From Lama glama (lineage: Eukaryota), in the NCBI GenBank assembly GCA_028534125.1, contig CM052817.1:32986001-33050000 (forward strand): a stretch of 64,000 nt of DNA. Reading direction: 5' to 3'. The notes below the pieces were generated by a model. That model saw only the letters and a list, made by a program, of their open reading frames with translations, was not told the DNA's origin and did no database searches. Shown one piece after another: positions 1 to 11,804 of this stretch (its first letter is position 1; the number at the start of each line of letters is the position of its first letter). The position numbers and the translations under genes were made by a program.

Positions 1-729
1 AACTGTGTTGCAGAATGAATCACGCAAGCTCACAGCTGTGAGATTAAGTACAGAAAAGACAGATCTCTACTTCTGGCATAACTTCAAATGCCTCATTGGA
101 GACAGAGAAATGTCAAACACAAAGCTTACACTGAAGCACTGCAGCTCCAGGGACAGGGGAGAAACTCCCAATGCATTCTGTATGGTAAAATACTTAACAC
201 ACTTCACCCCTCATACATTATAAAAAGGACTGGCTTGCAGAAACTCAGGATGAGTGACTTTATGGGGCTGCACTAGTCACTCCCATGTTGTGCAGAAACC
301 CAGCTTGAAGAGCTGCACATCCAAATGCTGATGTTCCAATAAGACTTGGTGTGATCTGTGGCCCTATTCCTTTCTTTGACAGTGGTTACAACATTCCTGC
401 TGCACTAATCCAAAGAGCAACTCACAGAGCTTCCAGAAAGATATTTTCCTTTTAATAACAGCTGATCTTTGAATTCCGAATGATGAAGGTTCCAGTGGAT
501 TCTCATCCACAATACATGTGTAAAGTTTTAAACCTATTTGCTGACACAGAGGAAGTTACTAATGGAAGCATTATCTTTGATGCATTGCACACAGTCTGGC
601 TGTACTGAGATACTTGTTTCAAATGAAAAAAAAAAGCATTGCTTTTAAATAGAAGTTTGAAATACATTGGTTGAAGTTAAAAGATACAATGGTAGAGAAA
701 ACTCTATTACAGTAACAATGAAAAAGGTA

Positions 730-2480
730 AACTTAAAAAGACCTTAAATAAGCTTGAGAAGGTTAAAACTCATATGAAAAACACTGTTCTAAAACAGCAC
801 AATTGTAGATCTGAACAAATGTAAAGACACCCGGTTCTTGATTAGGGCATCTCAACATTATCAAAAAATACCCGTGCTCTCTAAGTCACTTTATTAATTT
901 TGTGAAACCCCAATAAAAATACCAATGAGCCATTTTTTTTCTGGAACTAAACAAATTGAACTTACTAAGTATTGAATTTCATATGAAAAAATAACTGCAC
1001 AAGATTATCTAAGGAAAACAACGTAAAAAAAGAGCTGTGTGGGAGGGATAGCTAAAAGAAATATTAAAACCTACTACAAAGTCTCTAAAACTAAAACAGT
1101 GTGGTCTTGGACCATGAAGAGACTGACCAGTGAAACAGAACAGCAAGTCCAGAAGAGGAACTGACCACAGATAGAAATTAGTATATTATAAAGTGTATAC
1201 TAAAATGTGGGGATGAAGACGGACTTTTTAATACATGACATTGGGATAGCCATTTTAAAACTGATAAATTTTGATCTATTCTTCATGCTTCCCATAAGCA
1301 CAAACTCCAAACTGACCAGATATTTTACAAATAAAGTTGTGCAATTAATTTTTAAAATTGGTGAATTCCTAAATGATTCTTCTATAACCTGAAAGTAAAA
1401 AAGGCTTTCTAACTATGACTCAAAATCCAGATGCGATAAAAAGTGATTGACATATTTGACTATCTAAAAAAAATGCCTGGCAAAACACACTGTATGCAAA
1501 GCCAAAAGACAACAAATTAGAAGAAAACATTTGTAAATATATCCTAGATAAAGGACTAATTTATAAAGAACTTTAAAAAATTGATCAAAACCAGAACAAA
1601 AATCCTAGAGAAAGACATGCAAAGGACATGAATAAAAAATTCCCATAAAATATAAATGATACTAAAAGATGACAAGATGTTCAACTTCACTTAAAAGAGA
1701 AATGCATAATATTGAAATATCTTACCCATCAGATTGTCAAAAAATCAAAAGCTTGACAATACAGTCTTTTATGAGACTAAAGAGAAACAGGCCCTCTCCT
1801 ACATGGCTGGTGAGAAGGTAAAAGATTATAACCCCCACAGTGAGGAATTTGGTAATATCCAACAAAACTAAATAATTTATCCTTAACTCAGCAATACCAT
1901 GACCACAATTTATCCTGATCACATATCTCCAACACATATACATAGGATTATCCATTGCATTATCACTTATAATCACAAAATATTAGAAACTACCTAAATT
2001 TCCAACCATAGGATGTTTTAAATAAAGCATGGTGCATCCACACAATGAAATACTAGGCAAATGTAATAAAGAACAAGAAAGCTCTCTATGAACTGATACG
2101 GATAATTTCCAGGATATATTGTTAAAAAAAAAAAAAGCACAGTACAAAACAGTACATATAGTATGCTGCCTTTGTGTAAGAAAAGAGAGGAAACAAGAAA
2201 CCATAAATTTCCCTGCTTATTTTTGCAAAAGGAAACATAGGAAGAATAAATCAGAAACCAGTGAAACTGGTTTCTTACAAAGGAATGAATGAGGTGGGAA
2301 GAACACAAGTTGAAAGGGATGGAGGAGTGACATTTCTGAATACATCTTTTTGTATAATTTTAAATTTAGAAGAATGTTAATGTTGTACATATTCAAAAAT
2401 ACAATTAAATCAATAAGCTTGGGCGAGAACCCTAAAATTGAATGCAAACAGAAATAAACAAATGATCTCAACTGAATAAC
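730..2480 (+). mobile_element. Ancient L1 (L1ME-like) ORF2 3' part and 3' UTR, degenerate
   Basis: A-rich, with L1 ORF2-end motifs such as 'aaaacctactacaaagtctctaaaactaaaacagtgtggtcttgg', 'gatgttcaacttcact' and 'gaaactacctaaatttccaaccatagg'. No intact ORF. Confidence 0.75.
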
Positions 2481-2630
2481 AGAACCACGCTGCGGCACAA
2501 GGGCAGGTCAGGGAAGAATTGATCCAAGTAACTATAGAATATAATGCTTTAATAAATACCCTCAGTCTAGGGGGAAAAAAAAAAAGAACTGCAAGTAAAT
2601 CTTGAGTGATTTTTAAAGTACTCTTCTTTT

Positions 2631-2914
2631 AAACAGATTCACAGACATACTAAACAAACTTATGGTTACTGGGGGAAACGGCGTGGGAAGGGATAAATTA
2701 GGAGTTCGAAATTTGCAAGTACTAGTTACTATATATAAAATAGATAAAAAATAAATTTCTTCTGTATAGCACAGGGAACTATATTCAGTATCTCATAGCA
2801 ACCTACGAAAAAGAATATGAAAACAAATACATGTATGAATATGTATGACTGAGACATTATGCTGTACACCAGAAATTGACATATTATAACTGACTATACT
2901 GCAATTTTAAAAAA
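2631..2914 (+). mobile_element. 5'-truncated young (cetartiodactyl/camelid-type) L1 3' end
   Basis: 'cacagacatactaaacaaacttatggttact...tgtatagcacagggaactatattca...tgctgtacaccagaaattgac...actgactatactgcaattttaaaaaa' is near-identical to 36080-36360 and 46099-46258. CTTCTTTT is present on both flanks. Confidence 0.85.
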
Positions 2915-3114
2915 GCCTTCTTTTTCACAGTGTTGTGAATATAGCAATTCTGAAACTACTTTTTTCTTATTGTTTGTGTACCAAAGGATTAAGCAAATGG
3001 AGTAAACGTGCTGACATTGATGAGAGCCAGGGCTCTCATTGTGAAAAAGTGAAATGAAAATATGGAATGGGACAAAGGTAAGGAAGAACCCTGGGGGTTG
3101 AAGCAGAATGGCAG

Positions 3115-3340
3115 GTGTGCGTGTATATATATATATATATGTATGCTATGTGTATATATATACACACACACACATATATATGCATGTACACACACATACA
3201 TACATACACACACACAGTAAATATATATATATAATTATATAACTAATGATATAACTATACATATAACATATTTTCTAATAAATAGATGCTTCTAAAGAAT
3301 TTGTGTATATGTATGTTTTTATATATACATACATATAAAA
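3115..3340. repeat. Compound (TA)n/(CA)n/(TG)n microsatellite
   Basis: Directly visible dinucleotide runs. Confidence 0.9.
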
Positions 3341-4650
3341 TTTATTTTTTCCCTAACATTGTCTGCTAAAGGGTCTGGAAGCAATGCCACATCACTAACA
3401 ATGAGTACACCTAGTGCCTGTATCTTGGTTTCTATATACCCCTCCTTACTAAAAGAAACCAGGGAATTCTGAAAGAATTCTGATTCTAGGGATGAAGCAA
3501 GAAAGGCATAAGATGAGCCTGGACCATCTTACTGTGCTGGAAAGTAAGGAAATGCCCCCAGATATGAGGCATGTTGAATGCACATGGAAGCCAGCTTAAA
3601 GAGGCTAACATTTGCCAGATCTGAGACACCTGGGCACCAAAATTAGCGAATTATAATACATTTAATTAAATAGGAACCCATACTGATAATAAATAGATAA
3701 ATATATACATAGACAGACATCTAGGGGAGAAGAGAGCTTTTCCTTCTAGTAAAGTGTCAACTGATAAGTGAGAGGTGGTGGAGTTAAAAATCACTTTTGT
3801 GTAACCATCACTAAGATTGGTTTGAGCAAGAATCAATGGGTAAAAGTTTTATGTGGAGCAAGATATTTATATGGTCTCAAAGTAAATGACCATAAATTGC
3901 TTATTAGTTACAAGGGAGAATATAATAACTACATTACAGGAAGAAATCAGACAATGCCTTGACCAGGTGATCAAAATTAACATCACAATTGAAGAGGGAT
4001 GGCTCTGGATATGATAACCTGAGAAATCTACAACTTCACTTATGTAGTGTTCTGGTGGAGGGGAGGGGTGTGTAAACTGAATCTAGCCAGTTAAATAAAT
4101 GGATAGAGGATGGTGGAAGCCAGGTTTCTACCCGCTGTGGAAGTACACAGACAAACAAGGGGATGAAGCTAGAATGATCTACATGGTAATGGATTAGAGT
4201 TGGAGACATGAGTAATAAACTAATGTTTAGCTTAATCTGAATACAGATGGTTTCATAGTAAAAATATTTATAAATGTGTATATTTACATGGGTTTATATA
4301 CATACACATATTCCCTTGCTTTGTTAGCCGAGAGGGTCTAGAAGAGCAGTTACATCCAAACAGCGATGAGCATTTTTAGTACCAGATCTTGATTTCTAAT
4401 ACCATTCTCCAGTGAAAGGAACCAGGGCTCCTTGACAAAATAGCTGATTCTAGTATAGGGGCAGGAAATATTTTAAAAATCCATAACTCCAGTCTAATCT
4501 TGCGAAAAACATCAGAAAAATCTCCTACATCCTACAAAATACCTGAGCTGTACCCCTTAAGAATATCTAGGTCATCAAAAATACCAACAATCTGAGAAAT
4601 TGTCATAGCTAGGAGAAACCTAAGAAGATATGATCCTGGAACAGAAAAAG
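3340..4650 (+). mobile_element. Old L1MC/L1MD-type 3' UTR fragments
   Basis: Characteristic motif 'agggtct(g/a)gaag...atgag...atcttg.tttct...aaccagggc...ctgattctag' at about 3370 and about 4330. The same motif recurs at about 30800. Confidence 0.65.
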
Positions 4651-4689
4651 AGCATCAGGCAGCATGGCTAATTTTACCATTTTCCCCTC

Positions 4690-5455
4690 CAACTGAAGGA
4701 TAAAGATGAGACCTTGGTCTGGCCAATCAGAGCACTGAATTCCAAGGCCACAGGATTGATTCAGAAATGGGTACATCATCTAACTGTAGCTATTCAGAGT
4801 AAAAAATAGGACTCTCATTTGAGAAACTGGGATAGAAGTACCTTTTGTTTTTCCTTGTATACAAACCTAGAAGATATATATTAGTCAGGATAGGCTAGAT
4901 TATGTTATAGTAAAATGTCAAAAGCTCAGAGACCTAATGTAACAAAAGTTCTCCCTCACACTACATGTCAATCATGGATCTGAAGTCACTCAGGGACCTA
5001 CGCTGATGGAGACCCCATCTTGACGCATGTTTCAATGATCACCACGGTAGGGAGAATGGGACATAGTGAATAATGCACTGGCTCATTAAAGCTTCTCCCC
5101 AGAAGTGACACATGCCTCTTGCTTTCACATTGTGTTGGTCAAAGTAAATCACATCACCATACCTAACTTCAGGGGACAGGGTAGCATAATCCTACCACGT
5201 ACCCAAAAGGAGGAAAGCTGGAAGTATTTGATGAACAACTAACAATTATACAGGATATAAGCCTGGGATCACTAGGCTTGTGAAGAAGAACACTGGCAGG
5301 GGTGAAGGAGTCCTGACAACACAGTTTGAGTTTGTGCCTGAGGCTGGATGGCCTTGGACTGTTAGTTTATGTGAAACAATAAACTCCCTTTTTGGCTTGA
5401 TTCAGTTGGGTTTTCTTCCATTTCTGACAACTGAAAGAATCCTGAGCCACATACT
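4690..5455 (+). mobile_element. Old MaLR/ERVL LTR (MLT1K/L- or LTR16-like) interrupted by a second LTR
   Basis: 5' part 'tggccaatcagagc...ggccacaggattgattcag'; 3' part 'tgtgaaacaataaactccc...actgaaagaatcctg'. Confidence 0.6.
4877..5252 (-). mobile_element. MLT1J/I-like MaLR solo LTR nested in the older LTR
   Basis: Runs from 'tatattagtcaggataggctag' to 'aattataca'. Flanked by AGATA (4872-4876) and GGATA (5253-5257), a 5-bp TSD with one mismatch. Confidence 0.7.
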
Positions 5456-6524
5456 TCTCAACTAACAACAGAGCCGGAAGAGTATTTCTGGATTCTGAGG
5501 AATATGGTAGGAGAAGGGCCGATAGTAACATATCCTTGAGACACCAACAGGTTTTTAAGCAGCCACAGAGCCTTTAGGTGCCACCATCTTGTCATAGATG
5601 GCTTGGATTTTGTGTAAGATAAAAGTTTAAAACACTACTGGAGAAAGAAGACCAAAGGTGTATTAACTCTAACTGTACCTGGACAAGATTTTTGCATCTT
5701 ATCTTAACAGACTCTAAAAAACAGACCAAGGAGAGGAGGATTTATTTTCTACACTTGGTGTAACTCAAAACCTCCCCTAGAACCCAAACCGCTTAACCTT
5801 GAGAGAATCCCAAGTCACACTGGTGCCTCCTGAGTCCGTGTGCCGCAGCCTGAGAGCCCAGCACAAGAGCCCACTTCAGCGTAACCACCTCTGATCTGTC
5901 TCACCGGCCCCAGAGCAGCTTTGAGGAAGAGAGTCTGAACTCCTGCAAGACTCACCCAAGATGATCAATCACATAGAGCAGTGTGCAGACTTGTTCCCGG
6001 AGACAGTGCTTTTGGGGAGGCAAGCCTGAGCTCAAATCCCGAGCACTAACAGGCCTTCCCCTGCTAGACCTCTTCCACTTCTAGCCCTGCTCTTCTTCTT
6101 CTTGGTTTGCAGGTGTAAAAGGGAGGCTGTTGGTGTGCAGGCAAACTAGGAGTTTTGTGCACATTAGTGAAAGAGCTCTTGACAAGCTTTGCAAAATCTG
6201 GTAACATTCAAGAGCAAGTCCACTAACTTTGATCTGTATTTCTGTTAATTTCCCCCTTGACACGTTTCTTTACACATACAAGCAGAACTAGTAATTATAT
6301 ATAAAGGAGATTGCAGTGAAGGGCTTCTTCAAACAGCAAGAAGACAATAATCAGCTAGACCTATTTTCCATCCAACCAGATGGATGGAGATTGTCAATAA
6401 ATAAAACATAAAGACAAGGAGGCCCTTTCATGGAAAACCTCAGATTTTTTTTCTTAAAAATTTCCAGAAAGGGCACCCTAGACTTCCGTTTTAGTAAGTC
6501 ACACTCAATTTACCAAACAACCCC

Positions 6525-6720
6525 ACATTTATTGAGCACTGACTGTATGCCAGGTACTTTGCAGTACGAATGCGACACAAATATGAGTAAGAAGTAATGT
6601 TGCCACTACAATACAAACTCTTTCAGGGCAGGGGCTTTCTCTTGTTCACCACTGTATCCTCAAACCCCATCCCTGCCTGGCACATAGTAGGCACACAGTA
6701 AACACGTGATGACTGATGAA
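6525..6720. mobile_element. L2 3'-end fragments (both orientations)
   Basis: 'catttattgagcactgactgtatgccagg' and 'cctggcacatagtaggcac..agtaaa'. Confidence 0.65.
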
Positions 6721-6979
6721 AAGACTGGCTTGAGCCCATCACAGTCTCCCAGGAGTTAAAAGTAGAAAGTATTAGTCATACCAATGACTGCATTTCTCTA
6801 TCTGTAAGTAGTTACTGATTAGAACAAGAGGTTTGGTGATCAATAAAATTTGAAATAAAATATGATGACAGAGAGCTAACTCAAATATTTCGATCAGGAA
6901 AAAAAGTGCTTAGAAAATGTTCTGATGACGTGAGATCTCATAACTGAATAAGTAGAATTCAGTCTAGAGCAAGGCACAA

Positions 6980-7175
6980 GAATAATAATGGTGATCATGG
7001 CAACACACTATCTACTGAGTGCTTACTATGGGCAGGCCAAGCATAGACCCTCCCACACTGTTTCCGGGTGGTACCTGTGATTCCTGGCTTCATGGAGGGA
7101 GAAACGAACAGATAAGAATTAGGCAAGGTCACAGGCCTAATTGGTGGGGAGACTTTCAATTCTGACCCTAAAAGA
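6980..7175 (-). mobile_element. MIR SINE fragment
   Basis: 'actgagtgcttactatgggcaggc...caaggtcacag'. Confidence 0.55.
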
Positions 7176-8154
7176 CCTCCTTCCACACCTCCCTCCCCTC
7201 CCTTTCACCCACCATACTACGTGTATTTCCCCTTATAATCTGTAAGGCATCCACTTTTTCTTTTCCCCCTAATGGAGGGCTTGTGTTTCAGTAGTATCCA
7301 TATCACTTGGTGTTCAAAAGCCACTTTGGGAACTAAATATAACTCATAGAATTTTCTTTCTCTTGTAGATCTGAAAGGAATCTTTAAGTAACGAGAAAGA
7401 AAAGGCCCCAAATGAACATTTACTTTACAATGCTGCCCCTGAAACCGAGTTTCTGTCCAAAGCAAGTGAGGGGTGGACTAGAGGGAGAGAGAGTCATAAA
7501 GCCAGTTTAAAAATCCTGTGGTTTGACAGCTAAGGAAAAAAAAATCATTCCTTAAGGTCAACATACACTGTTAGCCTTGTGAGGACTGCCAGTGTTTGGG
7601 ACAGGCATGTCTTTGCCCTGAAGTATGCTTTCATTTCAGAACTTTCCAAACCCCTGAAGAGTGCTGGGATTCCCTGTGGAAAGCAGATAAATTGAAGTAT
7701 TCCAATAACACAGACGAAACCCAGACCTCTGGGGCCAGTGACATCACACCACATTCCAAAGCTGGCCTTTACTACAAGGAGCTTACACAGAAACCAGAGT
7801 CGTCTTCCCTCACTAATCAGGTGTGAGCGGCTGTTGGGTTTTACAGAACGGTAATTACTATGGGAACATAATTACCTTCTCTCACACAGGCCTCAGCTGC
7901 CTTTCACAACCAGGGAAGCAATGGGCCCCTTGTACGTGTTGCTGGCCAGTTCTTGTTTTATCGAATCAAACTTGATCATATATTAAGGGGAGAAAAAGTA
8001 TCCAATATCTTTACCATCTGGTGACAAAAGGATTTTCTAGTTTCCAAATATTCAATGCATTTAAGACAAAACTAAATCACAAAGAAGTTCTTAGTGGCTA
8101 CATTCTTATAATTTAAGACAGATGTGACCTCTGCTGTGACTGCCATCACCACGG

Positions 8155-8352
8155 CAGCAGCTAGCATTTACTGAGCACTCACAATGTGCCAGGCATGGTT
8201 CTACCGATGTTATGATGTAGGTGCTACTAAGGTACCCATTTTGCAGGTGAGAAAATTAAGACACAGAAATGATACCTAACTTGCAGGGCCACATGATGAA
8301 TAAGGATTTCAATCCAGGCAATCTGTGGAACCCCAGTCCTAAACCACTGTGA
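8155..8352 (-). mobile_element. MIR SINE
   Basis: 'catttactgagcactcacaatgtgccaggc...cccattttgcaggtgagaaaattaagacacaga' is the MIR core. Confidence 0.8.
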
Positions 8353-10349
8353 TAGGGCCATTTATAACTTGCTTTGGGCCTGGTAGGGCAGAGCCCGAGT
8401 TATGGTTAACACCAAAGGCCTCTGGGGCACCGAGAGGCAGCAGAGACAAGGGATGTAGTCCCTGTTTCTCCTGCACTAGGAGAAATAGGATCAGGGTAGA
8501 GAGATTGCCAGATCCAACTGAACCCAAGAGGACTTTTTGCTTGGAAGAGAAGAAAGAAAATTTATTGACATTTTATAAGGTCACTAAAGTTTAATGTCTC
8601 CAAAAGGGTTTTGGTATAAGGTGGCCAAGGTATCCCATCACAAAATAAAAATAAAGTCCTGTATTTCATTGAAACTGAAAAACTGCTAGCTGTCTTCCAA
8701 GCTCTGTATAGACTTAGTGTGCCATTAATACTCCCAAGCTGTCCCATGACGTCTCTTCTTCCAGCCAAGCAAACAACCCTGGGTCCCCAAACACCTGGAC
8801 CTCTAGTCACAGATTCAACCATGTAGCAGATGTTTGCCAAGGGACTACTACGTGCCACAGCATGTGCTCGATTCATTTCTGGGCCTCTAAAAACACTCAT
8901 AAATGTGTGCACCTCAAGTTCCTGTTTACAAAAAAGTGATGCCATGATAAGTGAACGATTTCCAAATAGCTTAAGAGGGCCTCCTGTTCCACTCTTCCAT
9001 TCCGCTGACAGGGAGGTGGAGGGAGAACACGGCAGTGATGGGAAAGCAGAGGCCACAAACTGCCCTGCGGCTGGGGACCCATAGGTGCCACAAGAAGGAA
9101 GCAAGAGACAGATGCTAGGCCTGGCCAGAGAGCACTGGCCCGTCTAAGCAGCAGCCATGACTCAGCCTCAACTCCAATTCCTGCCATTCTTCACGTTTTT
9201 CAAAGAACAACCAAAAAAATACTACTACTACTACAAATAATCCAGCTATTTATGTGAACCTCTCTATTCCAGTTTGGCTTCTAACGGAAGGTTTTCATAA
9301 ACACTGAGCAGGCTGAACACAATAGGGCCACAGAAAGGCTGAGGCTTGCTGGTTACAAGTCTGCAATCCAGTTTGCTTCCGAGGTGTGAAGGGAAAGAGG
9401 CAGCCTGGCTTGGGAGAAGGCTGTCAGGGGCAATTCCTTGGGGGTGAAGTCCACAAAAGAACCGATTCTGAATTACTGGCAGAGCTGACTCAGCGCTGTG
9501 CTGTGACCTGGTCACAAACAGAATGTTGCTCTGCAAAGAGGCGGTACGGAGAGAAGCAGAAAGGCATGTAATCCTGATTCCTTTCATGGAAGAAAGTGAC
9601 ATTCCAGCCAGCCCTGCCTGTGTACTGTTTAACATTACATAAACACAGCTAATTGGTCACGACTGCTGCAGTGATTGGAGATGCATCTGCAATCTGATTT
9701 TTTAAAAAGCAGACATTAATCACAAGAGCTAATATAGGCAGCTACCTAGAGCGCTCTCATTTTTTTGTCTTCTTTTCCAAACGGTGTCCTTGCTTTTAAC
9801 ATTTCAACTGTCATTATCATCTCCTAGTACCCCTTTAAACCAAGTTTGGACCTAATGGGATCACCTAAGGGATAATTTCACAAGACTCACTTACTTTGGT
9901 GCCAAATTAAAAACAAAAATCTAAAGAGAAAAAAATCCTGTACCCTGACTTCTGAACCCTGACGTGCTGACAAGCTCCAGCTTACTAACCACGAAAGGGA
10001 AGGAAGAGTCCCAGCACAAACACTGTCCTGGCAAGAACTTCAGCTACCAAATGTTACAGCCGTGTCACAATAAACAATGCGGAACAAACAGAGTAAGTAG
10101 GTGGGAAGGAGCGGCTGGGGCCGCTCAGTCCGGGATTAGTAGGCAACATGGCGCAGAGAGGAAGAACTCTGATCTCGGGCCTAGATGGGCCTATGTTTCA
10201 ATTCTAGCACCTTCACTTAATAGCTGTGTAAGGGGCAGTGGCAGACATGGCCAGCCAGTCACCAGTCAAGTGCATGTAAGAAATAATGCTCGTTGATACC
10301 TGGGACTCTGCCAGCTGATAGCCTCTGAGTGGACAACTCCCACCCCACT

Positions 10350-10612
10350 CCATAACCTGGGACCTTGTTTAAGTGCCCCAGAAGAGAGGGTGAGGTCCCA
10401 GATACCTCGAGTGGGGTGATGTCTCAAGGGAAAGCCCCCTCGCATGCCTGAAAAAACATACTGCTCCAGTTCCCTACGGACCCCCAGACCTGACCCCTCA
10501 GCTTTCCGATAGAGCAGGTCTGAAGCAGGGCTCGCACAGCTGTACGTAGAACAACTCTCTCCGGTGATTCTGATTTAGCTGGTATGTGGAATAGTGCCTG
10601 GAAACCACTTTA
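10350..10612. mobile_element. MER5-like hAT-Charlie non-autonomous DNA transposon, degenerate
   Basis: 'acctgggaccttgtttaa...ccccagacctgac...ccggtgattctgat...ggaaaccact'. Confidence 0.45.
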
Positions 10613-11690
10613 GGGAAGAATCCAAATGGCTCTTCACAGGCCCGTCTGTGGTACCAGCAGTCAAAGAACTCTCATCCTGGGGAGCCAGGGAACAAGGGCT
10701 CTGTGTGCCCCAGTGACGAGGCGGTTGGAATAGAGTTTTGCTGGGGTAGGGCTCTGTCCTACTAGAAGGCCAGAATCTTCCTGCATCCTTCAGACTATGA
10801 GTTCAGTGAGCTAAGTCATCCCACAAGATGGTTTTGATGCCATGTCTAGACATTATGGTGTACAACAAATATTAATTCTTCTTAGTGCTGATTGGTATGC
10901 TAGGAGCATGGAACCAAGTACTTAAGAAAGAGAAAGACCAACTCTATTGATGCTCTTCTCATACAGGGAAATCCACTGGTGTCTGATAACACACCTTCAT
11001 ATAGTTGGACCAGTGAAAGTTGAGGGTCAGGTGAGTATAACTGAATCTGTAAGGTTTCCTTCAGAGGAAGGAAGTGTAAGAAGAAAGTAAGTTCATCTCA
11101 ACTATGCATAGGTTAAATGTACTTTCCTTATAAAGTTAAAATGTTTCAGTTCCAAATATGTATGAATGAAAGAAAACTGAGAGCGTCAATTCCTAGACGA
11201 GTAAAGTGGCTTTGGAGAAGAATATCTAGATTTACTTCCAGGAAGATGACATATTGTTTATGGCATTTGGTTTATCAGGAATAGAAGAAAAAGTGTCCTG
11301 CTGTACAGCAGAGTTTTATAAAGCAAAATTTTATAGAAAATAGCAATCATTATCAAATATTTCCCTCACCACATAACAATCTTAGAATCAGTTCTAGAGC
11401 CCAAAGGGTGAGTTGTCTCTGCCATTTGAACCAAGCCTAGGAATAGAGAAAAGTGAAGAGCATCATGAAAATGTCACCACCCAGCCTTTACATCTTCCTT
11501 CATCCAGCAGCATGATTTTAAAAAGGGAGCCAGCAATGCAAAGGTGAATAATATATGGTTGCTGCCCTCAAAGAGCTTAAGGTAACAGAAGAGAAAACAA
11601 ACAACAGTAGCTGATTACTGCTAAGGGCTATATACAGCAATCCAATGAGATAGGTAATATTATACTCCCATTTTAAAGATGGACAAGGCA

Positions 11691-11804
11691 GGGGGGGAGT
11701 ATAGCTCAGTGGTAGAGCATGTGCTTAGCATGCACAAAGTCCTGAGTTCAATTCCCAGTACCTCTGTAAGTAACCAAGTAAGTAAGTAAATACATAAATA
11801 AATG
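11691..11804 (+). mobile_element. tRNA-Ala(AGC)-derived SINE (camelid Vic-1-like), short copy inserted into a MIR
   Basis: GGGGGGGAGTATAGCTCAGTGGTAGAGCATGTGCTTAGCATGCACAAAGTCCTGAGTTCAATTCCCAGTACCTC plus a (TAAG/TAAA)n tail. AAGATGGAC is duplicated at 11676-11684 and 11805-11813. The MIR core continues on both sides. Confidence 0.85.

Noticed and set aside
3360..4480. Novel dispersed repeat (motif at about 3370, 4330 and 30800)
   Set aside because: Explained by shared L1MC/L1MD 3' UTR sequence.
8562..9104. 180-aa ORF (longest in the track)
   Set aside because: No recognisable domain, a non-ATG start and overlapping ORFs on both strands in a moderately GC-rich stretch. This is consistent with chance.
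11691..11765. Functional tRNA-Ala(AGC) gene
   Set aside because: It has mismatched acceptor and T stems, an A-rich simple-repeat tail and a TSD, and there are three more diverged copies in the window. It is a SINE.
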